Shown: positions 28,344 through 38,645 of the stretch, in pieces
Layout of the letters: every line of letters begins with the position of its first letter
Numbering within the stretch: position 1 is the stretch's first letter
DNA from: Alphaproteobacteria bacterium
Lineage (GTDB): Bacteria > Pseudomonadota > Alphaproteobacteria > GCA-2731375
Reading direction: 5' to 3'
DNA: 64,000 bases
Assembly (NCBI GenBank): GCA_965232515.1
Contig: CBDDPY010000002.1
Location: 3,552,001-3,616,000 of the forward strand
Position numbers and translations under genes: made by a program
The notes under the pieces: model-generated
The model's database searches: none
Told to the model about the DNA's origin: nothing
The model's input: the letters and a program-made list of their open reading frames with translations, nothing else

Positions 28344-30878
28344 TTGACACAGCACGGTCGTCCAACCGTCATGATAGACTGCCGAATTGGGAATTCCTTC
28401 CGGGATAAGACATTGGCCCCGCGCCTGACCGTCTCGTTTGTCGCCCTGGCGTTGCTTTGCGTCCTGACAACGGATCTGTTGGCGCAATCGCGCACGCCGT
28501 CACGGCCGTTCAGCGTCGTGGTCGAAGGCTGGACCCGCGACTTGGACCGGGCGCGCGACTACAGCCGCAGCGCCCTGCAGACGCCGGAACGGACGGAGCG
28601 GGTGCGGACGCGTGTGCTGGCGATCCGCAACGAGGCGACGGCCGCCCGCGACGATGCCAGCGCCGAGGCGGCCTCGACGCAGCGGCTGCTTGACGCCCTC
28701 GGTCCGCCACCGGCCGAAAATGAACCGCCGGAACCCGACGACGTCGCCTCGAACCGCGCAGAATTCAGCGAGAGCGTACAATTTTACCGCGCACGGGTGG
28801 CACAGGCCGAACTGACCATCGCGCGCACCGGCGAGATCCTCTCGACGCTGACCGAGCTGGCGCGGGCGGAGCTTCTGGAGCAATTGTTCACGGCCTATCC
28901 CTATCCGTTGGCGCCGGACACCTTTCGGGCGGCGGCCCCGGCGATCGTCGAGCGTTTCCTGGCGCTGGCCCGCGCGCCCGGCGAATGGTGGCGGACGTTG
29001 CCGAGCGCGCAACGCTCGCCGGCGCTGTTGTGGCGCGCCTTCGTCGTTCTCGCCGCGGCGGCGGCCTTGGGTTGGTTCATCCGCCGGATCGTGCTGACTC
29101 GTTTCGGCCGCACATCCGCCATCGAGGAACCGAGTTATGCCCGCCGCTTCGTCGGCGCCGTCGCCGAAGGCACTGCCAGCGGCGTGCTGCCGGCGCTTAT
29201 TTTCGCCGGCTTGCTTTGGCGGGCCAGCAGCGACGCCGCCGTCGTTTCGGGCCTGTTCCAGGACATGGTGGTGATGTTCTGCGCCGCGATGATCCTGTTC
29301 GTGCTGACCACGGCCATGTCCCGGGCGGTGCTGTCGCCGGATTGGCCCGACTGGCGCCTGGCGCCGATCCCGCCGCAAAAAGCCATCAAGCTCAACCGGC
29401 GGGTCGGGCTGCTGGCCTGCATCATCGCCATCGGCTTGTTCCTGAACAACACGGTCCACGAGATCGCGGTGTCGCCAGCCGTCGACTCGGTTTGGGAATC
29501 GTTTTGGAGCACGGTCGCCGCCGTCGCCATTCTCCTACTGATGCAACCCGGCCTATGGCGCGAGACCGCTACGCCAGACGGTGAGAACGAGGCGGAAGAC
29601 GCCCCACCTGCGTCCGAGACGAGCCGCTTTTGGCGGTCGTTGCGGGTCGTGATCATGCTGATCGCCGCCGCGAGCATCCTGAGCTGCCTCGTTGGCTACC
29701 CGATGTTCGGCGTCTACCTGATCAACAACCTGTTGGGCACCGGCATCATTATCGGCGTGCTGTTCGTGCTGCGCGGCCTGTTGCGCGAACTGGTCGGCGC
29801 GGCTCTGCGGGCGAGCTGGATGGTCCGTACGCTCGGCATCCGGCATCGTACGAGGCTGGTGTTGAAGTTCTGGCTTCGGGCCCTGCTGGACGTGCTGGTC
29901 TTCGCCTTCGGCCTGATCGCAATCGTACCGGCCTGGGGCGTGCCGATCCGCGATGTCTGGGATTGGACGACCGAATTCCTGCAAGGTTTCACCGTCGGCA
30001 ACGTCACCATTTCGCTGACCGACATTGCCATCGCCATCGCCGTTTTCATCCTGGCGATCGTCGTCACGCGGGTTCTGCAGCGGGCGCTGGCCGAAAAGCT
30101 CCTGCCGCAGACCCAGATCGACGTCGGCGTGCAGAACTCGCTCGCCTCGGGTTTCGGCTATCTCGGCGTCGTGCTGGCGATCGCAATTGCGGTCGCCACG
30201 GTTGGCATCGATCTCACCAACATTGCCCTGATCGCCGGCGCGCTCTCCGTCGGCATCGGTTTCGGGCTGCAGAATGTCGTCAACAACTTCGTCTCCGGCC
30301 TGATCCTGCTGATCGAGCGGCCGGTAAAGGTGGGCGACTGGGTGGTGGTCGGCACGAACGAGGGCTTCGTCAAGCGCATCAGCGTGCGGGCGACCGAACT
30401 GCAGACATTCCAGCGCGCCTCGGTAATCATTCCGAACGCCGATCTGCTGTCCAACTCGGTGATGAACTGGACTCATAAGGACCGATATGGGCGGATCGAG
30501 ATTCCGGTCGGCGTCGCCTATGGCAGCGACACGGCGCAAGTGCGCGAGATCCTGCTGGGCGTGGCCCGCGCGCACGACCGCGTGCTGTCCTGGCCCGAGC
30601 CGTTCGTGCTGTTTCGGGATTTCGGTAACAGCAGCCTGGACTTCGAGTTGCGCTGTTTCACCGATGACGTGATCTACAGGCTGGTGATCGGCAGCGACCT
30701 GCGCTACGAAATCGACCAGAAGTTCCGTGACGCCGGTATCGAGATCCCGTTCCCGCAGCGCGTGGTGCATATGGCGGACGCGTCGCAGGAAGACGCGATC
30801 GCCGAGGACGCCGATATCCGTCGCCTGCAAACGGCGCCGAGCAACTATGACGTCGCCGCCGGCGAAGATTCGACCTGA
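28344..30878 (+). CDS. Mechanosensitive channel MscS family with large N-terminal periplasmic and TM extension (DUF3772-like)
   Basis: GALSVGIGFGLQNVVNNFVSGLILLIERPVKVGDW, IPNA, VGVAYGSD, IEIPFPQR; start uncertain. Confidence 0.9.
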   Translation: MTQHGRPTVMIDCRIGNSFRDKTLAPRLTVSFVALALLCVLTTDLLAQSRTPSRPFSVVVEGWTRDLDRARDYSRSALQTPERTERVRTRVLAIRNEATAARDDASAEAASTQRLLDALGPPPAENEPPEPDDVASNRAEFSESVQFYRARVAQAELTIARTGEILSTLTELARAELLEQLFTAYPYPLAPDTFRAAAPAIVERFLALARAPGEWWRTLPSAQRSPALLWRAFVVLAAAAALGWFIRRIVLTRFGRTSAIEEPSYARRFVGAVAEGTASGVLPALIFAGLLWRASSDAAVVSGLFQDMVVMFCAAMILFVLTTAMSRAVLSPDWPDWRLAPIPPQKAIKLNRRVGLLACIIAIGLFLNNTVHEIAVSPAVDSVWESFWSTVAAVAILLLMQPGLWRETATPDGENEAEDAPPASETSRFWRSLRVVIMLIAAASILSCLVGYPMFGVYLINNLLGTGIIIGVLFVLRGLLRELVGAALRASWMVRTLGIRHRTRLVLKFWLRALLDVLVFAFGLIAIVPAWGVPIRDVWDWTTEFLQGFTVGNVTISLTDIAIAIAVFILAIVVTRVLQRALAEKLLPQTQIDVGVQNSLASGFGYLGVVLAIAIAVATVGIDLTNIALIAGALSVGIGFGLQNVVNNFVSGLILLIERPVKVGDWVVVGTNEGFVKRISVRATELQTFQRASVIIPNADLLSNSVMNWTHKDRYGRIEIPVGVAYGSDTAQVREILLGVARAHDRVLSWPEPFVLFRDFGNSSLDFELRCFTDDVIYRLVIGSDLRYEIDQKFRDAGIEIPFPQRVVHMADASQEDAIAEDADIRRLQTAPSNYDVAAGEDST

Positions 30879-30910
30879 CGGCCGGCACCGATCGTGGGGG
30901 TCCAGCGGCC

Positions 30911-31819
30911 ATGACGCATGCGTCCATGACGCACGACCAGAGGGCGGGATACATCCGCGGCTGCCTGTTGGTGCTGTTCTCCGGCGTGGTGTTCAGCCTG
31001 GGCGGACTGATCGTCCGGCAGATCGAGGCGGCGGACGCCTGGCAGATCGTTTTCTACCGCTCGCTGGCGCAGGGCCTGGCATTGCTGCTGTTGTTGTCGC
31101 TCAGGGACCGCGGCGGCATCGGCACCACCTTCCGTCTTGCCGGCTGGGCCGGGTTTGCCGGCGGCGCCTGCCTGGCAACGGCATCGATCTGCTTCATCTT
31201 CTCGATTACCCACACGACCGTCGCGAACACGCTGTTCCTGCTCAGCGCGGCGCCGTTCATGGCGGCGATCATCAGCCGCATGCTGCTCGGCGAACCGGTT
31301 CGCCCGTTGACGTGGGTGACGATGACCGTGGCCATGCTGGGCATCACGGTGATGGTCGGCGAGGGCATCGCGCTCGGCAATCTGTTCGGCAATCTCACTG
31401 GCCTGATGACCGCGCTGGGTTTCGCCGGCCTGACCGTGGCCCTGCGCTATGGCCGCGCCGCCGATATGCTGCCGGTCGTCTGTATCGGTGGCTTCATGAG
31501 CGGCGGCGTCGCCGGCATCGTCATCGCAAGCCAGAGCGGCGATTTCGCCATCAGTGCGTGGGACCTCTGGCTATGCGCGTTCTACGGCGCGGCGATCATC
31601 GCCGTCGGACTAAGCATCTTCACAAGGGGCGCCCGGCACCTGCCGGCGGCCGAATTGGCGCTGTTGTCGCTGACCGAGGTGGTGTTCGGACCGGTCTGGG
31701 TCTGGCTGGTGATCGACGAACGGCCGAGCGAGGGCACGCTGCTGGGCGGTACTATCCTGCTTGCGGCATTGGTGGGACATGCGCTTTATGGCGTCGGCAG
31801 GCGTCGCAACAGGCGGTGA
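30911..31819 (+). CDS. DMT/EamA family transporter
   Basis: About 10 TM helices in two repeats; LLGEPV, TEVVFGPVWVWL. Confidence 0.88.
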   Translation: MTHASMTHDQRAGYIRGCLLVLFSGVVFSLGGLIVRQIEAADAWQIVFYRSLAQGLALLLLLSLRDRGGIGTTFRLAGWAGFAGGACLATASICFIFSITHTTVANTLFLLSAAPFMAAIISRMLLGEPVRPLTWVTMTVAMLGITVMVGEGIALGNLFGNLTGLMTALGFAGLTVALRYGRAADMLPVVCIGGFMSGGVAGIVIASQSGDFAISAWDLWLCAFYGAAIIAVGLSIFTRGARHLPAAELALLSLTEVVFGPVWVWLVIDERPSEGTLLGGTILLAALVGHALYGVGRRRNRR

Positions 31820-31906
31820 CATCTGCGGGACCGGGGTTGCGGATATCGCGGTCTTTTAATGTAGGATGACTGTCATAAACCAAGGGGGCGTCCCCGTATC
31901 ACAGGA

Positions 31907-32569
31907 GTGAGTTCCATAGATCGCCAAACAGTTCGCAGGGCCTACGCCTGGTGGGCGCCCGTCTATGATGTTGCCTTTGGCGCCGTCGCCACGGCGGGCC
32001 GGAAACAGGCGGTCTCGCTCGTCAACGGGCATGTCGGCAAGGTGTTGGAGGTCGGCGTCGGAACGGGCCTGTCGTTGCCGCTTTACGGACCGGACGCCGA
32101 GATCACGGCCATCGACTTAAGCACGGAGATGCTGGAAAAGGCGCGAAGACGCGCCGCCAATCTCGACAATATGCGCGGTATCCTGGAGATGGACGCCGCC
32201 CAGCTCGCCTTTGCCGACGGGGAGTTCGATACCGTCGTCGCCATGTATGTCATGACCGCCGTGCCCGACCCGCACGGTGTGTGGCGCGAGCTGGAACGGG
32301 TCTGCGCGCCCGGCGGTCAGCTTATCGTCGTCAATCACGTGGCCCGGGAAAGCGGCCCAATGGCGGTGGCCGAGCGCCTGTTCGCGCCCGCCTGTCGGCT
32401 GATGGGCTGGAACTCCGACCTGACGGCCGACGTCCTGTTCGGCGACAGCAAGCTGCGTCTCCTGGAACAGCGCACCGTCGGTCCGCTCGGCCTGTTCACG
32501 CTGTGGCGCTATCGCAAGGAGGTCGCGGTCATGGATGGCACGATTCCAAGGGCGCTGCCGGGGGGCTGA
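31907..32569 (+). CDS. Class I SAM methyltransferase, phosphatidylethanolamine N-methyltransferase-like (PmtA)
   Basis: AYAWWAPVYD, VLEVGVGTGLSL, VVAMYVMTAVPDP, NH. Confidence 0.8.
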   Translation: MSSIDRQTVRRAYAWWAPVYDVAFGAVATAGRKQAVSLVNGHVGKVLEVGVGTGLSLPLYGPDAEITAIDLSTEMLEKARRRAANLDNMRGILEMDAAQLAFADGEFDTVVAMYVMTAVPDPHGVWRELERVCAPGGQLIVVNHVARESGPMAVAERLFAPACRLMGWNSDLTADVLFGDSKLRLLEQRTVGPLGLFTLWRYRKEVAVMDGTIPRALPGG

Positions 32570-32584
32570 AGCGGGAGGCGCGTC

Positions 32585-33574
32585 ATGCGTGTGGTGATTA
32601 CCGGCGGGACCGGCTTCATCGGCAGTTATCTCGCCAGGGAACTGCTGCAGCGCGGCCAGCTCGTCGGGCCGGAAGGAACGGCGCAGTCGATCGATCGGCT
32701 GGTTCTGGCCGACCGGTTTCCATCCCGGCGCGACTATACCGGGGATGACCGCGTCGAAGTGATGACCGGGGATTGCGCCGATCCGGACTTCCTGGCCGCG
32801 GCGATCACTGACGACACCGACAGCATCTTCCATCTGGCCGCATTGCTGACCAGCGAAACGGCGGCCAACTTCGACGAAGGCCGGCGCGTCAACCTGACGG
32901 GCATGGTCAACCTGCTGGAGCGCTGCCGACAGCTACGGCGGCCGCCCCGCCTCGTCTTCGCCAGCTCCATGTCGACCTATGGCGCGCCGCTGCCGGACGT
33001 GGTCGACGACACGGTCGTGCAGCGGCCGCAGAACGCCTACGGCGCCTACAAGCTGATCGGCGAGCAGCTGATCGAGGAATACACCCGCCAGGGCTTCATC
33101 GACGGCCGCGGGATGCGGTTTTCGGTCGTTATCATCCGGCCGGGCAAGCCCGACAATGTCGTCTCGAACGTGATCGCGGGCATCGTCCGCGAGCCGCTAC
33201 ACGGTCAGGATACCTATTGTCCCATTCCCGCGGACACGCGATTCCCGGTGATCTCGCCGCGGCGTGTCGCACAGGGACTGGCGACGGCCCACGACATTCC
33301 ACCCGACGCTTTCGGCGCCAGCCGGTCGATGAACTTTCCCAGTCTGTCGGTCACGGTGCAGGAGATGGTCGACGCGGCCGCCCGAGCGGCCGGCAACCGC
33401 GCGCTGGGCAAGATCGAATGGCGTCCCGACCCGGCCTTTCAGCGGCTGGTCGACGACTGGCCGAAATACTTCGAATCCGAGTTTGCCAACCGGCATGGCA
33501 TCCATGCCGAGGCATCCTTCGATGAGGTCATTCAGGTCTACATGGAAGAGCACATGCTGGAACCGAATGCCTGA
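32585..33574 (+). CDS. NAD-dependent epimerase/dehydratase (D-erythronate dehydrogenase-like)
   Basis: TGGTGFIG, FHLAA, YGAYK, RPGKP, REPL. Confidence 0.85.
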   Translation: MRVVITGGTGFIGSYLARELLQRGQLVGPEGTAQSIDRLVLADRFPSRRDYTGDDRVEVMTGDCADPDFLAAAITDDTDSIFHLAALLTSETAANFDEGRRVNLTGMVNLLERCRQLRRPPRLVFASSMSTYGAPLPDVVDDTVVQRPQNAYGAYKLIGEQLIEEYTRQGFIDGRGMRFSVVIIRPGKPDNVVSNVIAGIVREPLHGQDTYCPIPADTRFPVISPRRVAQGLATAHDIPPDAFGASRSMNFPSLSVTVQEMVDAAARAAGNRALGKIEWRPDPAFQRLVDDWPKYFESEFANRHGIHAEASFDEVIQVYMEEHMLEPNA

Positions 33575-33606
33575 TCCAACGACCGGGATCTGGCGTCGTC
33601 CGCCGG

Positions 33607-34383
33607 TCAGCCTGGCGGCCGGTCGCGCTTGATGACCATGCCCTGGCCGGTGGGCAGCTCAAGAACGATATAGCCGCGGTTCAGCATCCAGTTGTAGAGC
33701 GCGCCGAACAGTCCGGGCAGATCGCAGCGGCCGAAATCGTCCATCAGAACGATGCCGCCGTCCGAAACCCGGTCGAACAGCCGGTCGAGCGCCGCCGTCT
33801 CGGCAGCAGCCGCGTTCATGTCGAGATGCAGAAGCGCGATGCGCTCGGGCGCCCGCTCTTCCAATATGCTGGGAACGGTGCCCTTGATGACGTGCACGTT
33901 GGGAAAGTCGGCGAACCGATCGACAACCTCCTCGTAGGTGCCCTCCCATTCGTAATAGGGATTGGTCGCTTCGCGCTCCCGGGCATTGCTCTGCGCCTCG
34001 GGCAGCCCTTCGAAGGTGTCATAGAGATACATCTGCCGCGGGCACTCGGCGAACGACAGGTACCGGGCCAGCACGGCCGAGTAGAACCCCTTGTAGACGC
34101 CGCATTCGACAAAATCGCCCGGCACCGACAAAGCCGTCCGGCCAGCCCAGCAATACGTGTGGAGCCGCCAGAGCTTGGCGAAATCCGCGCTGTCGGCCGC
34201 CAACTCTTTGAATGTTTCGAAGAACTTCTTGTCGTGGACGAATGACAGGCTTCGGTTCAGCGCGATCATGTTGTCGCTGACGAAGTTCGGCATCTCGTAA
34301 TTGTTGTAGATGTCCTGGATGCCCTTGGCATGCCGCCAGACCTCGAGCAGGTCCTCTTCCTTGGACGGTCCATAAATCGTCAT
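33607..34383 (-). CDS. TylF/MycF family O-methyltransferase
   Basis: GDFVECGVYKG, YDTFEG, LHLD, MDDF. Confidence 0.88.
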   Translation of the reverse strand: MTIYGPSKEEDLLEVWRHAKGIQDIYNNYEMPNFVSDNMIALNRSLSFVHDKKFFETFKELAADSADFAKLWRLHTYCWAGRTALSVPGDFVECGVYKGFYSAVLARYLSFAECPRQMYLYDTFEGLPEAQSNAREREATNPYYEWEGTYEEVVDRFADFPNVHVIKGTVPSILEERAPERIALLHLDMNAAAAETAALDRLFDRVSDGGIVLMDDFGRCDLPGLFGALYNWMLNRGYIVLELPTGQGMVIKRDRPPG

Positions 34384-34537
34384 GTGGCGGTTCCTGGCGG
34401 GCGGACATCGCGGACCGAGGCCAAAGCCCGAACCATCGATGATCTGCGGCAACGATTACGAAGGCGTTAAGCCGGGCGCTCGGCCGGCCATGGCCAAATC
34501 CGCCAAATCGCCGTTGGGTTGCTGAATTTCGTCCCGG

Positions 34538-36328
34538 CTACTCGGCGGCTGCGGGAAGCATGACCCGATCGGCCGGGACAATGACGTCGGCGGTGGTGCC
34601 CATGTCGGGCTGGCTCTCGATCTCGAGGCGGCCGCCATGCAACTCGATCAGCCGCCTTGCCAGCGGCAGGCCCAGGCCGGTGCCCTCGTATTTCCGGCTT
34701 AATTTGCTGTCGACCTGGGCGAACGGCTGCAGCGCGAGTTCGATCTCGTCGGCCGTCATGCCAATCCCGGTGTCGCTGATCCGGATCAGCACGCCACCGT
34801 CGGCGACATGGCCGACGCTGAGCCTGACTTGGCCGCCGGCCGGCGTGAACGTGACCGCGTTCGCCAGAAGGTTGACCAGAATCTGCTTGAGCTTGACCTT
34901 GCTGGCGCGCAGCGGCGGCAGGCCCGGTTCGATGTCGACCTTGACCTCGAGCCCCGCCTCGGCCGCCCGCGGCCTGATCAGAATCAGCGATTCCTCGATC
35001 ATGCCGGCGATGTCGAACACCTCGTCCTCGATCTCCAGTTGGCCGGCCTCGATTTTCGAGAGGTCGAGGATGTCGTTGATGATCGCCAGCAAATGCTGGC
35101 CCGAATGGTGGATGTTATCGACATATTCGCGGTAGCGCGGATTGCCTAACGGCCCCAAAACCTGTTGCCGCATGGTGTCCGAAAAGCCGATGACGGCGTT
35201 CAGCGGCGTGCGGAACTCGTGGCTCATGTTGGCGAGGAATTCGGATTTCGTACGGTTGGCAAGCTGGGCCTCCGAGAGAGCGGACTGCATGACCTTCTGG
35301 TCGTCCTCGATCCGCTCGGCCATGGCGTTGAAGCCGTTCGACAGCTGCCGGAACTCCAGCGGCGTCGACCGCGATCCCGCAAGCATGCGCGCGGTCAGAC
35401 GTCCCTGGGCGATCTGCCGCGCCGCGCTGACGACGCCGTCGATCGGCCGCATCAGCAAGCCCGCGACCAGCCATGAGATCATCGCCGCCGCCACCAGGCC
35501 GGCCAGCATCACGCCCAGCGCCGTCCGTTGCACCGCGTAGGCGCGTTCCTCGAGCTCCTCGATCGGCTGCGGCACCATCACGCCCCAGCCGACCCTGGGC
35601 ACGCTGGTGAAGCCGGACACCATGTCGCGCTGCATGGCCGGGGAATAGAAGGTCGCCACGCCGGTCTGGGCCAGCATCATACGGCGCACCGGCTCGACCT
35701 TGGCGATGTTCTTGCGCTCCAGATGCCAGTCGGGATTGGGATGGGCCAGAAGATTGCCCTGATGATCGACGATCGCGGCGTGGCCCTTGCGGCCGAAGGT
35801 GATCGCCTGCTGCAGGCGCACGAAATAATCCGTGGAAATCCGAGCAAAAGCGATGTGACCGTCGGCCAGACGCCGGACCAGATAAATCGTCGGCCGGCCG
35901 GCCGCGTCGGCGGCGACAGGACCAAACAGCCGGCGGCCGTCGGCGAGCGACCGCACCTGCGTCAGCACGTCGGGTGGCAGCCGCGAGGGGCTGTCGCCAT
36001 TGAGGTTCAGTTGCCGCTCAATGCGCCCGCCGTCATCGATCAGGCAGAAATGGCGGAAGCCCAACTGCCGGGCGAGATCGGTCACGCTGTCAAGCGGCAG
36101 GTCCGAGACGGCGACGCGGGACATCATGCCGAACGTGGCCTCGACGTCCTTGGCGTAGCGCTCCAGAGCCGCGGTCATATTGCTGGCCAGCAACAGGTGC
36201 TTCTCGCGCACCGCGGACATCTCGTTGTCCAGCGCCGTGCGTTGAAACCACGCGCTCAGGAACAGCACGGGTATGATGGCGACCGAAATGAACGCCACCG
36301 CCAGCAGGTACCGAAAGCGTAGGGCCAC
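34538..36328 (-). CDS. Sensor histidine kinase (dCache-HAMP-HisKA-HATPase; PleC/DivJ-like H box)
   Basis: Two TMs around a Cache-like region; KSEFLANMSHEFRTPLNAVIGF, NLLANA, DTGIG, GTGLGL. Confidence 0.92.
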   Translation of the reverse strand: MALRFRYLLAVAFISVAIIPVLFLSAWFQRTALDNEMSAVREKHLLLASNMTAALERYAKDVEATFGMMSRVAVSDLPLDSVTDLARQLGFRHFCLIDDGGRIERQLNLNGDSPSRLPPDVLTQVRSLADGRRLFGPVAADAAGRPTIYLVRRLADGHIAFARISTDYFVRLQQAITFGRKGHAAIVDHQGNLLAHPNPDWHLERKNIAKVEPVRRMMLAQTGVATFYSPAMQRDMVSGFTSVPRVGWGVMVPQPIEELEERAYAVQRTALGVMLAGLVAAAMISWLVAGLLMRPIDGVVSAARQIAQGRLTARMLAGSRSTPLEFRQLSNGFNAMAERIEDDQKVMQSALSEAQLANRTKSEFLANMSHEFRTPLNAVIGFSDTMRQQVLGPLGNPRYREYVDNIHHSGQHLLAIINDILDLSKIEAGQLEIEDEVFDIAGMIEESLILIRPRAAEAGLEVKVDIEPGLPPLRASKVKLKQILVNLLANAVTFTPAGGQVRLSVGHVADGGVLIRISDTGIGMTADEIELALQPFAQVDSKLSRKYEGTGLGLPLARRLIELHGGRLEIESQPDMGTTADVIVPADRVMLPAAAE

Positions 36329-36412
36329 GCGCCGTCTCCGCAGCTTGCCGGGCAGAAGGCAGATCTGCGGTAGATTCCTAACCCAAGTTACTTAACGACC
36401 CCTTTCAGGGCG

Positions 36413-37189
36413 TCAGTAGATCGTATAGCCGCCGTCGACCACCAGTTCCGCGCCCGTGACGTAGCGGGATTCATCGGACGCCAGATAGAGCGCGGCGTTG
36501 GCCACGTCCTCGGGCTGGCCGACCTCGCCCAGCGGCACCAGACGCTCGCGGTCGGCCAGACCCTTGGCCGGATCGTCGTAGAGCCAGTTCAGGACCTGGT
36601 CGCCCATGGGCGTGTCGATCAGGCCCGGATGGATCGAATTGCAGCGCACCTTGTAGCCCTTGCGGCCGCAATAGAGCGCCACCGACTTGGTCAGCAGACG
36701 GACGCCACCCTTGCTGGCGCCATAGGCCCAGAGCGGCGTGCCGATCAGGCCGGCTACCGACGATAGGTTGATGATCGAACCGCCACCGCCGCGGGCGGCC
36801 ATGGCCCGGACGGCCTCTTTGCAGCCGAGGAACGTGCCTTCCATGTTGACGCTCTGGATCGCCCGCCACTCCTCGAGCGTGGTTTCCATCGGGTCGGGTG
36901 TGGGTCCGGTGCCGAGGATACCGGCGCAGTTCACCAGGATGTCGAGGCCGCCAAAGCGCTCGACGACGCTTTCCACCACCTCCCGCCAACCCTTCTCGTC
37001 ACGGCAGTCATGCGCCATGAACGTGGTCCCATGGCCGATCTCGTCGATCGCCGCCTCGCCGGCCGCCTGCTTGATATCGGTGATCGTCACCTTGGCGCCC
37101 TCCTCGGCCAGGCGTCGCGCCGTGGCGCGGCCAATGCCCGAGCAGCCGCCCGTGACGATGGCAATCTTGTCCTGCACGCGGCCGGTCAT
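36413..37189 (-). CDS. SDR oxidoreductase (3-beta-HSD/cyclopentanol dehydrogenase-like)
   Basis: TGGCSGIG, NCAG, YGASK, CNSIHPG. Confidence 0.9.
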   Translation of the reverse strand: MTGRVQDKIAIVTGGCSGIGRATARRLAEEGAKVTITDIKQAAGEAAIDEIGHGTTFMAHDCRDEKGWREVVESVVERFGGLDILVNCAGILGTGPTPDPMETTLEEWRAIQSVNMEGTFLGCKEAVRAMAARGGGGSIINLSSVAGLIGTPLWAYGASKGGVRLLTKSVALYCGRKGYKVRCNSIHPGLIDTPMGDQVLNWLYDDPAKGLADRERLVPLGEVGQPEDVANAALYLASDESRYVTGAELVVDGGYTIY

Positions 37190-37274
37190 CCCGTCTCTCC
37201 CATTCGTTGCTTGCGTGTTGGGCATGATAGGCTGGGCCCGGAAAACGCGCAAAAGGTGGACGAGGGAGGCAGCC

Positions 37275-38141
37275 ATGCAGATCGGCATCTCGTTTCCGCA
37301 GACCGAGATCGGCCGCGACCCGATCGCGATCCGCGACTTCGTTCAGGCCGCCGAGCAGATGGGGTTTGCCCATGTCTCGATGCCGGACCATGTGCTGGGC
37401 GCCGGCACGCCGCGCGGGCCCGAGTTCGCCAAGCTCTACACACGCGATTTCATGTTCCACGAGCCGTTCGCGCTGATGGGCTTTCTCGCCGGCCTGACCA
37501 CGACCATCGAGCTTGCTACTGCGATCCTGATCCTGCCGCAGCGCCAGGCTGTGCTGGTGGCGAAACAGGCAGCCGAAGTGGACGTGCTGAGCGGCGGCCG
37601 GCTGCGGCTCGGCGTCGGCCTCGGCTGGAACGAGGTCGAGTTCGACGCGCTGGGCATGGAATTCCGCAACCGCGGCCGCCGCATGGAAGAGCAGGTGGCG
37701 GTCATGCGCCGCCTGTGGTGTGAGGACCTGGTGACCTTCGAGGGCGAATGGCACAACTTCGCGGACGCCGGCCTGAACCCGGAGCCGCTACAGCGGCCGA
37801 TCCCGATCTGGTTCGGCGCCATGAGCGACGCCGCGGTGCGCCGGACGGGCCGCATCGCCGACGGCTGGTTCGTCTATTCCCGGGCCGAACCCGACGACGA
37901 GGTGCGGCGCTATTTCGACCTGCTGCGCGGCAGCGCGACCGAAGCCGGCCGCGACCCGGCCGAGATCGGCGTCGATGCCACGGTGTACGCCCATACCGGC
38001 GGGCCGCAGGAATGGCTGGGTCTGATCGAACAATGGCAGGCGCTGGGCGCGACGCGCATCACCTTCCGGACAACGGAATCCGACCTCGATTGCCCCGACG
38101 GCCAGCTCGACGCCATGCGGCGGTTGATGGACGCCCGCTGA
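37275..38141 (+). CDS. LLM class (probably F420-dependent) oxidoreductase
   Basis: DHVLG, FHEPF, LILPQRQ, AKQAAEVD, GWNEVEF, ADGW. Confidence 0.88.
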   Translation: MQIGISFPQTEIGRDPIAIRDFVQAAEQMGFAHVSMPDHVLGAGTPRGPEFAKLYTRDFMFHEPFALMGFLAGLTTTIELATAILILPQRQAVLVAKQAAEVDVLSGGRLRLGVGLGWNEVEFDALGMEFRNRGRRMEEQVAVMRRLWCEDLVTFEGEWHNFADAGLNPEPLQRPIPIWFGAMSDAAVRRTGRIADGWFVYSRAEPDDEVRRYFDLLRGSATEAGRDPAEIGVDATVYAHTGGPQEWLGLIEQWQALGATRITFRTTESDLDCPDGQLDAMRRLMDAR

Positions 38142-38151
38142 CCCGACAGCC

Positions 38152-38550
38152 GTGACCGGCAACGACGATCAGACGGCCGATCCGCCCGCGCCCGCCGCGC
38201 TGCCGTTCGCGAAGCGCTTCGGCCACGCCTTTCTCGGCAGCGCCGGCACGATCCTGGTGCTGACGGTCATCTCGCTCCAGGAAATCATGCTGGGCATGTA
38301 CGGCTACGTGGTCTTGACCGCCGAGTTCCTGAACTGGCTGCATCTGGAGGTCGTCGCCGATGACCTGTATGCGAAACTTGAGGCGTCGATCGAGATCGCC
38401 CTGTCGCTGGTCGCGGCCTGGGCCGCGTTCATGGCCGCCAGCGCCGCCCTGCTGATCGCCGCGTTCATCCGCCGCGGCGGCCCCCTGACCTTCCTGCTGC
38501 TCGGCCTGCTGTTTCCAATCGCCACCGTCAGCCTGTTGCAGGCCGCATAG
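38152..38550 (+). CDS. Hypothetical membrane protein
   Basis: GTG start 10 nt after the previous stop; about 3 hydrophobic segments. Confidence 0.6.
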   Translation: MTGNDDQTADPPAPAALPFAKRFGHAFLGSAGTILVLTVISLQEIMLGMYGYVVLTAEFLNWLHLEVVADDLYAKLEASIEIALSLVAAWAAFMAASAALLIAAFIRRGGPLTFLLLGLLFPIATVSLLQAA

Positions 38551-38645
38551 CCCGTCCTGGCCCGAGAACGCATCAGGAAACCTAATGGGGCGGACAAGTA
38601 TTGCTCGTTTGAGGTGGCGGTCGGCCGCTCCTACCCTTCGGTGGC

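Noticed and set aside
31866-31880. Pho box upstream of the pmtA-like gene (CTGTCATAAAC)
   Set aside because: Single half-site with no partner at 11-bp spacing
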